Shown here: piece by piece, positions 31,494 to 41,120 of the stretch
How the letters are laid out: each line of letters starts with the position of its first letter
How positions within the stretch are numbered: position 1 is the first letter of the stretch
From: an uncultured Acidobacteriota bacterium
GTDB lineage: Bacteria; Acidobacteriota; Vicinamibacteria; Vicinamibacterales; JAKQTR01
Length of the DNA stretch: 64,000 bases
Direction: 5' to 3'
NCBI GenBank assembly: GCA_963817885.1
Contig: CAWFQE010000004.1
Location: forward strand, 294,064-358,063
The notes under the pieces: generated by a model
Told to the model about the DNA's origin: nothing
Database searches by the model: none
What the model saw: the letters and a program-made list of their open reading frames with translations, nothing else
Position numbers and translations under genes: made by a program

Positions 31494-31798
31494 CCACCGA
31501 CGCCTGGGCCACTCTCTACGTCTTCGTGCTGGCGACCATCATCGGGCTGGGCGTCATCCGGCGGGTGTCGCGCCTGCTGCACACGCCGCTGATGTCCCTG
31601 ACCAACGCGATCTCGGCCATCGCCGTGATGGGCGCGATCATCGTGACCGGCGGCGATTTCCCGCTCCGGATCCGCGTGCTCGGCGCCGTTGCGCTCTTCG
31701 CCTCGATGACCAACATCGTCAGCGGGTTCCTCATCACGGACCGGATGCTGAGGATGTTCAAGACCGACACCAAGCACAGCGACGGGCGGCCGTCATGA
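31490..31798 (+). CDS. pntA: NAD(P) transhydrogenase subunit alpha, part 2 (membrane)
   Basis: 102 aa from the ATG at 31490, with an ATGA overlap with the previous gene: ...HTPLMSLTNAISAIAVMGAII...SMTNIVSGFLITDRML. Confidence 0.85.
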   Translation: MTTDAWATLYVFVLATIIGLGVIRRVSRLLHTPLMSLTNAISAIAVMGAIIVTGGDFPLRIRVLGAVALFASMTNIVSGFLITDRMLRMFKTDTKHSDGRPS

Positions 31799-33204
31799 TG
31801 TTCGGGATCAGCCAGTTCGTCTACATCATCGCAACCACGCTGTTCATCTTCGCGCTGCACTGGATGAACACGCCGGCGACGGCGCGCAAGGGCGTCTACG
31901 CGGGCGTGGCGGCGACGACCCTGGCGGTGCTGGTGACGTGGATCCAGCCCGGCGTGATCCACCACGTCTGGATCGTGCTCGCGATCCTGGCCGGGTTCAT
32001 TGTCGGCGTGCCGTTGTCGCGGGTGCCGCTGACGGCGGTGCCCCAGCGGACGGCGCTCTCACACGCCTTCGGCGGCCTGGCAGCGGGCCTGGTCGGTACG
32101 GCCGAGTTCCATCTCGGCCTGATGGAGGGCCCCGAGAACCTGACGCCGTTCCGCGTGACCGCCCTGCTGGCCGAGGTGATCCTCGGGTTCCTCACCTTCA
32201 CCGGCAGCCTGATGGCGGCCGGGAAGCTGCAGGAAGTGAAATGGATTCCGCAGCGGCCGGTGACCTACCCGCTGCAGAACGTGGGGAATTTCCTGCTCAT
32301 GGGGGTCGCCGTCGCGATGGGCGCCCTGGTGGTCATCCAGCCGACCGCGCCGTACGCGCCGGCGATGTTTGCGGCCGTGATCGTCATCGCGCTCCTGTTC
32401 GGCGTGCTGCTGATCATCCCGATTGGGGGCGCCGACATGCCGACCGTGATCGCCATCCTGAACTCGTATGCGGGGCTGTCGGCCGTCGCCATGGGGTTCG
32501 TGTTCGACAACAAGCTGCTCATCACGGCGGGTGCGCTGGACGGCTCGAGCGGCCTGATCCTGGCGATCATCATGTGCAAGGCGATGAATCGCTCCTTCAC
32601 CAACGTGCTCTTCGGCGCGTTCGGCAAGGTGCAGCATGTTGCCGCCGGGGGCGTGGAGCGCGTCTACAAGGAAGAGACCATTGAAGGGGCGGGGCAGATT
32701 CTGGAGCAGGCGAATCTGGTGGTGATCGTGCCGGGCTACGGCATGGCTGTCGCGCAGGCGCAGCACAAGGTGCGCGAGCTGTACGACCAGCTCATCAAGC
32801 GAGGCATCGCCGTGAAGTTCGCGATCCACCCGGTCGCGGGACGCATGCCGGGCCACATGAACGTGCTGCTGGCGGAGGCCGACATCCCGTACTCGGACCT
32901 GGTCGAAATGGGCGACATCAATCCCGACATGCCGCAGTGCGACGTGGCGATCCTCGTCGGCGCCAACGATGTGGTCAATCCCGCCGCCCGGACCGACAAG
33001 ACGAGCCCGATCTACGGCATGCCCATCATCGAGGCGGACAAGGCGCGGCTCGTGTTCGCGATCAAGCGTTCGAAGAACCCGGGGTTCGCCGGGATCGACA
33101 ACGAGCTGTATTTCGCCGATCGCACGTGGATGCTCTTCGGCGACGCAAAAGCAGTCGTGGGCGGCCTCGTCAAGCAGCTCGCCGGCGAATCGGGGATGCA
33201 CTGA
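31795..33204 (+). CDS. pntB: NAD(P) transhydrogenase subunit beta
   Basis: 469 aa with an ATGA overlap: ...GGADMPTVIAILNSYAGLS...VPGYGMAVAQAQH...HPVAGRMPGHMNVLLAEA...GANDVVNP. Confidence 0.9.
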   Translation: MMFGISQFVYIIATTLFIFALHWMNTPATARKGVYAGVAATTLAVLVTWIQPGVIHHVWIVLAILAGFIVGVPLSRVPLTAVPQRTALSHAFGGLAAGLVGTAEFHLGLMEGPENLTPFRVTALLAEVILGFLTFTGSLMAAGKLQEVKWIPQRPVTYPLQNVGNFLLMGVAVAMGALVVIQPTAPYAPAMFAAVIVIALLFGVLLIIPIGGADMPTVIAILNSYAGLSAVAMGFVFDNKLLITAGALDGSSGLILAIIMCKAMNRSFTNVLFGAFGKVQHVAAGGVERVYKEETIEGAGQILEQANLVVIVPGYGMAVAQAQHKVRELYDQLIKRGIAVKFAIHPVAGRMPGHMNVLLAEADIPYSDLVEMGDINPDMPQCDVAILVGANDVVNPAARTDKTSPIYGMPIIEADKARLVFAIKRSKNPGFAGIDNELYFADRTWMLFGDAKAVVGGLVKQLAGESGMH

Positions 33205-33395
33205 GAAACAGGCTCGAGGATTAGGGCTCGAGGCTTAACGCTTGAGGCCAGGGGTTCGAGGCCCGCGATCGACCCGGGGTCTGAAGACCCCGGGCTACAT
33301 CAGAACGAAGACCCGGCGTACGGCGGGTTCGCGTCCGATGTAGGGCGGCTCTTTAGAGCCGCCGGACTCGCCGGGTCTGAAGACCCGGGCTCCCT
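33205..33395. repeat. cluster of REP-like palindromes (BIME-like) plus four ~14-nt YTYGAGGC-type direct repeats
   Basis: Four GGCTCGAGG / GCTTGAGGC / GTTCGAGGC cores lie at 33211-33263. A perfect hairpin CCCGGGGTCT-GA-AGACCCCGGG (33273-33294) is followed by CTAC, which is GTAG on the minus strand. A plus-strand GTAG (33340-33343) is followed by the perfect hairpin GGCGGCTCT-TT-AGAGCCGCC (33344-33363). A further hairpin CCGGGTCT-GA-AGACCCGG lies at 33371-33388. Confidence 0.8.
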
Positions 33396-33466
33396 GGGTC
33401 AAACGGATGGCAGGTCCCGGATGCAAGGCCGGACCGAAGAGTCGGCGCGAGCGGCGACGACGCTCG

Positions 33467-34702
33467 CTACTTCTCCAGCAGCCCCGCCATCTTCTTCCAG
33501 TCGATCTGGTTCGCAATCTCGACGGTCCCCTTGCATCCGCCCGGCCATGATCGCGCGACCTCGTCGGGGCCCTTCAGGACCTTTTCGCACGAGGAGAGAT
33601 TGGCGACGACGATCATCTGAATAGCCGATGGCGGCAGCTTGTTGTCGAACAGGCCGAAATCAACCTCGACGATCCGGCGGCATCCGGCGGTCCCATCCGG
33701 CACCATCTTGAAGGCCCACCGATCCGCCTTGAGAAGGTAGCCGGTTACGCACGCGGGCATCTTGCGTGCCTGCGGCGTGAGGGCCGCCGCCATGGCTTCC
33801 GCATCCGCAAGCGCCTGTTTCGGCCCGAAGTACCACTTGTGATCAGGGTTGGACTGGCTCGGGGATGCCTCGCCCTTCAGTGTCTCGAGCTGACGACGGT
33901 AAGACTCGTCCAGGCCGCGCGCCTCGGCTTCGCCGTTGGCCCGGGCGCGCGCCGCGTCGATCGCCTTCTGGCGACTGGCCTGGGCGTCCGCGCTGTTGGC
34001 CTGGTCGTAAGTCTTCCTGGCGGCAACCAGGCGAGCCTCGGCCTGCGTCGCGTCGGCGCGCTTTTCGTCGAGGTACTTCGGGAGGAAGCGTTCCGCCGAG
34101 ATGGGTTTCCACAACGAGGCTCCACCCTTGGTGACGACGAGCATGTCGTACGGCCGGTAGAAGCGGAGCCCGTTGAAATTGTCGGACGGCGGCTCGATCC
34201 AGAACTCGCCCTCGTCGTCGGACCACGTCTTCCGCATGAACACCGGATCGCGGTAGCCCGATGCATCCAGCGCGCGGTAGGGATCGTTGATGTGGAACGA
34301 CAGTCCCTGGTTCGCGAACGCCGTCTTGACGGCCGGATCGGTCGGCGACCGCAGGAAGTCCATGAAGGCGAGGTCCACGGTGTACGAGTTGGCCGTCACG
34401 TGCTTGGCGACCGGCGGGTCGGCCGAATTCAAGGTCCCCGTGAATCGGACGTCGTACCCGAGGGGCGGATTCAGGAGGGGCACCGCCTTGACGACGTCGA
34501 CGAGCTTCTGCATGTTGGCCTCGATCGCCGTCAGATCGGGCGTCGCCGGTTTGTAGGTGGCCATTTCCTTCGCGGAGCGAATGAAGTTCCACGGCCAGAT
34601 TCGGCCCGGGCCCAATTGGGGCACGGCGCTCTGGGCCAGCGCACTCGCGCCAAGCGCGCACATCCACAAGGCGGTTCCAGAAAGGACTCTTCGCATGGGC
34701 AT
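33467..34702 (-). CDS. hypothetical secreted protein with a central Ala/Arg/Gln-rich helical segment
   Basis: 411-aa ORF with a signal peptide (MRRVLSGTALWMCALGASALAQS) and ordinary composition. I do not recognise a family. Confidence 0.55.
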   Translation of the reverse strand: MPMRRVLSGTALWMCALGASALAQSAVPQLGPGRIWPWNFIRSAKEMATYKPATPDLTAIEANMQKLVDVVKAVPLLNPPLGYDVRFTGTLNSADPPVAKHVTANSYTVDLAFMDFLRSPTDPAVKTAFANQGLSFHINDPYRALDASGYRDPVFMRKTWSDDEGEFWIEPPSDNFNGLRFYRPYDMLVVTKGGASLWKPISAERFLPKYLDEKRADATQAEARLVAARKTYDQANSADAQASRQKAIDAARARANGEAEARGLDESYRRQLETLKGEASPSQSNPDHKWYFGPKQALADAEAMAAALTPQARKMPACVTGYLLKADRWAFKMVPDGTAGCRRIVEVDFGLFDNKLPPSAIQMIVVANLSSCEKVLKGPDEVARSWPGGCKGTVEIANQIDWKKMAGLLEK

Positions 34703-35033
34703 TCACCGCGGTTGAAGGGGATGAGGTCCGGATGATTACGACTGCCCGGATCGATCGACGAGGCGGGATTGCACGGCCTCGCTGACACACGGCGATCGGG
34801 CAGACGCAGGGCAGCCGAATTATATCCCGGTGTGCCACGCCCCCGCATCACGTGCCGCTCTCGCGACGGGATCGTCCGGCTGATCGCCAACCGCGGGGGC
34901 GCTCGATCATCCGCCTCCCCCCGCCCGCGTCGTTCCCGCTCGGCCCCGGCGTGCGCTTCTCAGGACAATGGCGGCTGAATCGTACGAAATCGTCAATAAT
35001 CGTGTACCCCGACCGGACAAATGAGGTTCTGAA

Positions 35034-35471
35034 TTGACAAAAGCTCCCATCGCCCGCCATAAGAGTGAGTCAGCGCTGTACCGCCTGCCCGAGGCTGCCG
35101 GGTTGCTCAGCGTCAGTGTGCCGACGCTGAAACAGTGGATCCTCGATGGGAAACTCCGCTCGGTCAAGACGCCGGGCGGCCATCATCGGCTCCCCCGTAC
35201 CGAGATCGATCGTCTCGGCGGTGTGAAGCGTCGTCCGGCCGGTTCGCCCGGCGCCGACGCGCTCTCCGCCATCAGCGGCCGCAACAAGCTGCTCGGGACG
35301 GTCAGCCGCGTCAGGTACGGCGGGTTGCTGGCCGAAGTCACCATCTCGATCGAGGGCCAGCAGCTCACGGCCATCATCACGCGCGAGTCGTGCCGGGCGA
35401 TGGGGCTGAAGGCGGGCATGGCAGCCTTCGGCCTGGTGAAGGCGACGGCCGTGATGGTCATTCGTGCCTGA
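35034..35471 (+). CDS. HTH (excisionase/MerR-like) plus TOBE/Mop-domain regulator (ModE-like C-terminus)
   Basis: 145 aa with a TTG start: LYRLPEAAGLLSVSVPTLKQWILDGKLRSVKTPGGHHRL (HTH_17-like), then SGRNKLLGTVSRVRYGGLLAEVTISIEGQQLTAIITRESCRAMGLKAGMAAFGLVKATAVMV (TOBE/Mop fold). Confidence 0.75.
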   Translation: MTKAPIARHKSESALYRLPEAAGLLSVSVPTLKQWILDGKLRSVKTPGGHHRLPRTEIDRLGGVKRRPAGSPGADALSAISGRNKLLGTVSRVRYGGLLAEVTISIEGQQLTAIITRESCRAMGLKAGMAAFGLVKATAVMVIRA

Positions 35472-35490
35472 TGTCGGGGAGTGTTGATCC

Positions 35491-38400
35491 ATGTCGCGTG
35501 TCTGGCGTCGGTTCGCTGTGCTATCGGTGACGATCCTGACTCTGCTGGCCGGTCGCGCCGTCGGCGCCCAGACATCCGGCGCGACACTCCTCGGCACGGT
35601 CAGCGACGGCAGTCGGTCCGTCGTCTCGGCGGCGAAGGTGACAGCCGCCAACCAGGACACTGGCCTGACGCGCGCATGCGCGTCCGGCGCCGACGGCGGA
35701 TTCGTCCTGCCCAACCTCGCGCCCGGCCGGTATCGCCTGACGGTGGACGCCCCGGGTTTCCGGACGTCGGTCGCCTCCGGGATCGTCCTGGAGGCTGATC
35801 AGACACGCCGACTGGATGTTCGACTTCAACTTGGCACGGTCAGGCAGGAGATCACGGTCGCCGCCAGCCTGCCGCTCATCCATACCGAGACGCCGGCAAA
35901 GTCGGAGGTCGTGCCCAACCTGCTGGTGACGGCGCTCCCGCTCGACGGCCGCAACTACCTCGACCTGGTGCTGCTGGTGCCCGGCGTCTACCGGCGCGTC
36001 GGTGAGGACGACGGCGACGGCGTCGCGACCAACGGGACCCGGTCGGACGCGACCGCCTTTGCGCTCGACGGCCTGGTGAACCGCTCCGATCGCAACGGCA
36101 ATTCGGGCGTGGCGGTGCCGCTCGATGCGGTGCGCGAATTCAGCGTCGAGACGTCGACCTATTCCGCCGAGTACGGCCGCAATGCGGGCGCCCAGGTGAA
36201 CGTGGTGTCGAAGTCCGGGGCCAACCGGTTCAGCCGGAACCGTCTACGACTACGCGCGCGACGACCGCCTCGACGCCCGGGACTACTTCGCGCCTCCCGG
36301 CGAGCGCCCGACGCTCAGGCGCCAGCAAGGGGGCGGCACCCTCGGTGGCCCTGTCTGGCGGGACCACACGTTCTTCTTCGGCGCCTACGAGCAGCTGCAC
36401 GAGCGCCGCTCCGAGGCGGCGAACACGACCGCGCCGAACGCAGCCTGGCTTTCCGGCGACTTTCGCAACGTACGCGGCGCAGGGCCCGATGGGATCTGGG
36501 GGAACGCCGACGACACCAATCGCATTCTCGATCCCGTCACGCGCCAGGAATTCGCCACGCCGAACCTCATTCCGATCGCGATGTTCAACGCGGTGTCGCG
36601 TCAGATTCTTCCGTTCATCCCGGCCGCCAACCTCCCTGGCGCGCTCGATGGATACGCCGCGCAGGGAATCTCTCAGGACGACCGACGTCAGTTCCTCGCC
36701 AGGCTCGACCATCGGCTGCTCGCGAACACGAACCTCTCGGTCCGATGGGCGCGCAGCACGGGCGCCGGGATCGACCCGTTTCCGTCGCAACGCGTGTTCT
36801 ATCCGGGCTTCGGCCGCAGCACCGATCAGACCGTGGATTCATTCGCGTTCTCCGGCGTGACCTCGATCGGCGGGCGCTGGCTCAACCAGATCAGGGTCGG
36901 GTCGCTCCGCCAGCATGTCGAAACACAGGGCGACCAGCACGGCACCAACTATGTCGGCCAGTTCGGCCTGCCGGGATTGTCACAGGATCCGTCCGTGTGG
37001 GGCTACCCGACCATCCGGATCGACGGGTTCGGGGAGTTCGGCGATCGGCCCAACGACCCGTCGACCTATACCCTGACGACCATCCAGGCGGTCGATGCCA
37101 TCACCTGGACACCCGATCGCCACACGATCAAGGCCGGAGTGAACGTGATCCACTCCGGCTACGTCGAGCAGGATCTGCGGGGCATACGCGGCGACTTCCG
37201 GTTTCGCGGCCGCGCCACCAACGTGACCGGCCAGACCTCGAGCGGATTCCGATCCTTCGCGGATTTCCTGCTCGGCTACATCGACCAGAGTCAGCGGCAA
37301 CTGGGATCCGACCCGGCGCGCCTGACGGGATGGCAGACGGCGTTCTTCCTCCAGGACGACTGGCGAATCCTCCCGTCGCTGACGCTGAACCTCGGGCTGC
37401 GATACGAGCGCCAGACGCCGCTTCGCGAACGCGCCAATCGGCTCGCCAACTTCGTGCCCGCGCTGGGGGCCGTCGTCCTCTCCGGTGATTCGCGCTTTCC
37501 CGCGTCGCTCATCGAGGCAGACACGCACGACATCGGTCCGCGCGCAGGCTTCGCCTGGAGGCCGTCGGGCGACGGGCGGACGGTGATTCGCGGCGGCGCC
37601 GGCCTCTACTACAGCCTCGAGCAATTCAACGTCACCCGCCAGCAGCTGGCCGTCAGTTACCCGTTCGTCCAGCGCGAGCAATTCACGCGAACCACCGATC
37701 CGCGCACGGCAATCACGTTCAGCGATCCGTTTCCGGCCGGTCGCGCAGCCGTCCAGGGCATCAATCAGCCGTTCGGCATGGCGGTCAATTACCGGACGCC
37801 GCAGATTGCGCAGTTCAATCTGACCGTTGAGCGGCAGCTGGGAGCGGGGACCGCGATCGAAGCGGGGTACATCGGATCGCGCGGACGCCATCTTGGCCGG
37901 CGCTACAACCTGAACCAGCCCATCCCGGCGGGATTGGGCCCCGGCGGCGCGCTCATCACCACGGTCCCGTACCCGGCGTTTGCCGACATCCAGTTCCAGG
38001 ACCAGACGGGCACCTCCAGCTACAACGCCCTTCAGGTGTCGGCGCGACGCCGCGCCGCCACCGGGTTGACCCTGATTGCGTCGTATACGCTGGGGAAGGC
38101 CACCGACCTGGGTTCGACCAGCACCGGCAACCTGTCGAACGTCTCGACCTCGGGGACGCAGAAAGCGCCTCAGGACATCTACAACATGTCTGCCGAGCTC
38201 GGACGGTCCGACTTCGATCGGCGGCATCAGTTCAACGTGGCGTTCGCGTATGAGCTGCCATTCGGCGCCGGCAGGCGGTGGCTGGCGCACGCCGCACCCG
38301 TCGTCGACGCGATCGTGGGCGACTGGCAGGTCAGTGGAATCATCACGCTGCTGTCCGGACGGCCGTTCACCCGTACAATATGCAGCCGGAGATTTCGCGA

Positions 38401-38756
38401 CCGAGCGGCCGGACCAGGTGTCGGATCCCACGTCCGGCGTGCCGCCCGGCCTCTGGTTCAACCCGGCGGCGTTCGCGCGGCCGGTCGCGACGCCGGCCAA
38501 ACCGAACCTGTACGGCAACGCGGGGCGCAACAGCCTCACCGGCCCGGATTACCAGACGGTTGACGTGTCGGCCGTCAAGTCGATCAGGATCCGGCGCACC
38601 GTGATTGTCCAGTTACGGCTCGAGGCGTTCAACCTGCTCAATCGCGCGAATTTCCAGGTTCCGGTGTTCCTGCTCGATCGCACCGACGTCGGACGTCTCA
38701 CCGCGACAGCGGGCAGCGCGCGCGAGTTGCAGTTCGCCGCCCGGATTGGATTCTGA
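35491..38756 (+). pseudogene. TonB-dependent outer-membrane receptor with a carboxypeptidase-regulatory-like N-domain; two 1-nt frameshifts
   Basis: Frame 1 (35491 to about 36235) reads ...GTVSDGSRSVVSAAKVTAANQDTGLTR...ADGGFVLPNLAPGRYRLTV...NGTRSD...VSKSGANRFS. Frame 2 (to about 38372) reads GTVYDYARDDRLDARDYF...TFFFGAYE...LSGRPFT. Frame 3 (to 38756) reads VQYAAGDFATERPDQVSDP...GNAGRNSLTGPDYQTVDVS..K......LRLEAFNLLNRANF...ARELQFAARIGF, the C-terminal TonB-receptor signature. The shifts are at CC (36233-36237) and CCC (38370-38372). Confidence 0.85.
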
Positions 38757-38799
38757 TCGTGACGCGAAAGGGCAGATTGGCGGACGCCGCAAGGGAGAG

Positions 38800-39429
38800 A
38801 TGATGCTATCTGGCGCGTTCAGCGTTCACAACGGCCTGGTCACCGCGAGGAGAATTCCGGCCTTCGGTCGGGCGGGTTCGCGCATCTCGGCCGCCGAGGT
38901 CGCGATCCTGCTGCTCGCCGGTATAGTGGCGGCCTGTGCGACCGCGTTCATCCGCCTGGGACTCAGGATTCCCGGGCACGCGATCGTGCTGGCCGTGGTG
39001 CCGATGGCCCTGGGCATGGCGCTCGTTCCCCGCCGTCTCGGCGGGATGATCATGGGCGGCGGCGCATTTGCGACCGCATCCGCCCTGAGCGTGGCCGGCG
39101 TGGCCAGCTACGGCACGGGCGCGATGACGAGCCTATGCCTGACCGGGCCGTTCATGGACGTGGCGCTCGCGGGCGCCGCGTCGGGCTGGCGGCTCTACGC
39201 GGGCCTGGTGGCGGCGGGGCTGGCGACCAACCTGGTTTCGTTCCTGCAGCGTGCGGGCAGCAAGCTGCTGGACCTGGACAAGCCCGGCACCCGGCTGTTT
39301 GCGGAATGGTGGCCGCAGGCGATCGTGACCTACACGCTGTCCGGCGCCGTCGCAGGCCTGCTCGGCGCGCTGCTCTGGTTCCAGTTCCGTGGCCGGCCGG
39401 CTGCCGCGAAGAAGGACCCGCCGGCGTGA
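38800..39429 (+). CDS. hypothetical integral membrane protein (about 6 TM helices)
   Basis: ORF 38605..39429 trimmed to the ATG at 38800, which is preceded by AAGGGAGAG. It has six hydrophobic stretches (e.g. VAILLLAGIVAACATAFI, AIVLAVVPMALGMALV, TYTLSGAVAGLLGALLWFQF). The stop overlaps the next gene's GTG. Confidence 0.6.
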   Translation: MMLSGAFSVHNGLVTARRIPAFGRAGSRISAAEVAILLLAGIVAACATAFIRLGLRIPGHAIVLAVVPMALGMALVPRRLGGMIMGGGAFATASALSVAGVASYGTGAMTSLCLTGPFMDVALAGAASGWRLYAGLVAAGLATNLVSFLQRAGSKLLDLDKPGTRLFAEWWPQAIVTYTLSGAVAGLLGALLWFQFRGRPAAAKKDPPA

Positions 39430-40142
39430 TCTACATCGGCATCGACGACACCGACATCGCCGGTTCGCCGGGGACCAATCAGCTGGCACGGGCCATCGTC
39501 GCGGATATCGGGCCGGCGGCGGCGGATTCCATGATCTGCCGTCATCAACTCCTGGTCGATCCGCGCGTGCCCTACACGAGCAAGAACGGATCGGCGTCGA
39601 TTAGCCTGCCACGCCTTGCGGAACGCGCCATCCCCGACCTCGTGCGCTCGGTCCGGGCCGTCATGCGGGGTTGGTTCATCGAGGGCAGCGATCCGGGACT
39701 GTGCGTCGCATCGGAAGTGTCGACCGACGTGCAGGCCTTCGCCCGGGTGTGCCAGACCGATGTGGTCACGCAGGACGAAGCCAGAAGCGTGGCCGCGCGC
39801 GCGGGCGTCCAGCTCGAGGGCCTGGGCGGCACCGATCAGGGAATCATCGGCGCACTGGCTGCGGTCGGCCACATCGCCGGCGGCAACGACGGGCGCGTCG
39901 TCCATCTGGCCTGGTGGCCGTACCCGGACCAGTTCAACGGACTTCAGGATATCGAAGCGATTCGGACGCGCGGCGTTGACGAAGTCCGGCGGCTCGACAC
40001 CAACGCGCTCATCGAACGCGGCGCGGTGGACGTCGGGAAGCGCTTGCGTCCGAACCTCCGCGGATCACGCGTCGTCCTGTTCGTCGAAGACGCGGTGGAC
40101 GAGGGCGGACAGCCGGGCCTCAGGGCGGTCAAGCTCACTTAG
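39426..40142 (+). CDS. hypothetical cytoplasmic protein resembling the N-terminal kinase-like catalytic domain of archaeal TiaS
   Basis: 238 aa from the GTG at 39426 (GTGA overlap). It contains VIYIGIDDTDIAGSPGTNQLA ... DPRVPYTSKNGSASI ... GTDQGIIGALAAVGH. The similarity to TiaS blocks is from memory and has not been searched. Confidence 0.5.
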   Translation: MIYIGIDDTDIAGSPGTNQLARAIVADIGPAAADSMICRHQLLVDPRVPYTSKNGSASISLPRLAERAIPDLVRSVRAVMRGWFIEGSDPGLCVASEVSTDVQAFARVCQTDVVTQDEARSVAARAGVQLEGLGGTDQGIIGALAAVGHIAGGNDGRVVHLAWWPYPDQFNGLQDIEAIRTRGVDEVRRLDTNALIERGAVDVGKRLRPNLRGSRVVLFVEDAVDEGGQPGLRAVKLT

Positions 40143-40184
40143 GCTGGCGGCTGGCGGCTGGCGGCTTGAGACTGGTGGCTGGCG
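40143..40184. repeat. heptad tandem repeat GCTGGCG x6 (two degenerate units) directly after a stop codon
   Basis: The sequence is GCTGGCG GCTGGCG GCTGGCG GCTTGAG ACTGGTG GCTGGCG. The same heptad follows the M16 peptidase stop at 60322-60335. Confidence 0.75.
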
Positions 40185-40233
40185 CCGACTGCGTACCTGC
40201 GGTGCTGTGGCGTGCCAAGGGCTGGGGGTGGAT

Positions 40234-40722
40234 ATGAAGAGAACAGCAAGGATGGCGACGACGATCCGCGCCTTTGGATGGACGGTGTGCGCCGTGCTGT
40301 TGCTCGTGGCAGGCATCGCATCGGCTCTGCCCGTCCCGCAGCCCGAGAAGGCCCTGCCGGCACCCGTGTTGTCAGCGTTTCGGAAGGCTTATCCGGGCGC
40401 GAGCATCACCGCGGCGTCCAGCCGCTCCGCGAACGCGAAGACAGAATATGTCGTATCCAGCGTGGACAAGGGCCGCACGCGAAATCTGGTTTACGCGCAG
40501 GACGGTACGCCGCTCGAAGTCAGTGAACAGACCGCCGAAAACGAACTGCCCGGACCGGTCCGGTCCGCCTACAAGACCCATCCGCGGGCCATCTTTGTCA
40601 AAGCCGAGAAGGTCACCCGCGGAACCATCGTCCAGTACGTCCTGGAGCTGAAGGGGACCCGCAAGACGCACATGGTCGTCGAGCCGGGCGGGAAGGTGCT
40701 GGTCTTCGACGCTTCCAAGTAG
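40234..40722 (+). CDS. PepSY-like small secreted protein
   Basis: ORF 39616..40722 trimmed to the ATG at 40234. It has a signal peptide (MKRTARMATTIRAFGWTVCAVLLLVAGIASA) and two LP.PV..AF/AY modules (LPAPVLSAFRKAYPGASI; LPGPVRSAYKTHPRAIF). Confidence 0.6.
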   Translation: MKRTARMATTIRAFGWTVCAVLLLVAGIASALPVPQPEKALPAPVLSAFRKAYPGASITAASSRSANAKTEYVVSSVDKGRTRNLVYAQDGTPLEVSEQTAENELPGPVRSAYKTHPRAIFVKAEKVTRGTIVQYVLELKGTRKTHMVVEPGGKVLVFDASK

Positions 40723-41098
40723 CAGCAGGGTGCAGCTCCCCCAGCGAGTCTACGACGGGTGGGTGTCGATGCGCCGACGTTGTCCTTCCGGGGGGCAGAC
40801 TTCCGTCGAAAAGTCTCGCGCCGGAGTTTCCCACACCACTGAGTTCGGCACGGCGTGTCGTATTTTCGATGACACATCTGGCTGAAGCGCCGCGTAGGCA
40901 CTGCTTCGTCCGAGTCAGGTCGGGACTCTCGTACTACGGCTGCGGGACGTCTCTCCTATTACAGCCCGCGACGGGCTGGCGTATTCATATTCCCCGACGC
41001 CGCCGTCTTTCCTATTGACCGCCACGTGCGGAGGACGACGTGAGTCCTGCGACGCGTTGCGCGGCTTCAGTGGCACGGATCGACGGCAGTGGTTCTTT

Positions 41099-41120
41099 GG
41101 AACGGGAGGCCAACCGTTCC
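41099..41120 (+). promoter_or_regulatory. perfect dyad GGAACGG-N8-CCGTTCC just upstream of the multicopper oxidase RBS
   Basis: A 7-bp inverted repeat lies 8 nt before GAGGAGGGG and the ATG at 41145. It could be an operator or a 5'-UTR hairpin. It matches no regulator motif I know. Confidence 0.25.

Noticed and set aside
30321-33201. Long minus-strand ORFs 30321..31436 and 32059..33201
   Set aside because: They are antisense shadows of pntA and pntB.
41071-41090. TGGCAC at 41071 as a sigma-54 promoter for the multicopper oxidase
   Set aside because: No TTGC/TGC element lies at the required 4-5 nt spacing downstream of the -24-like box.
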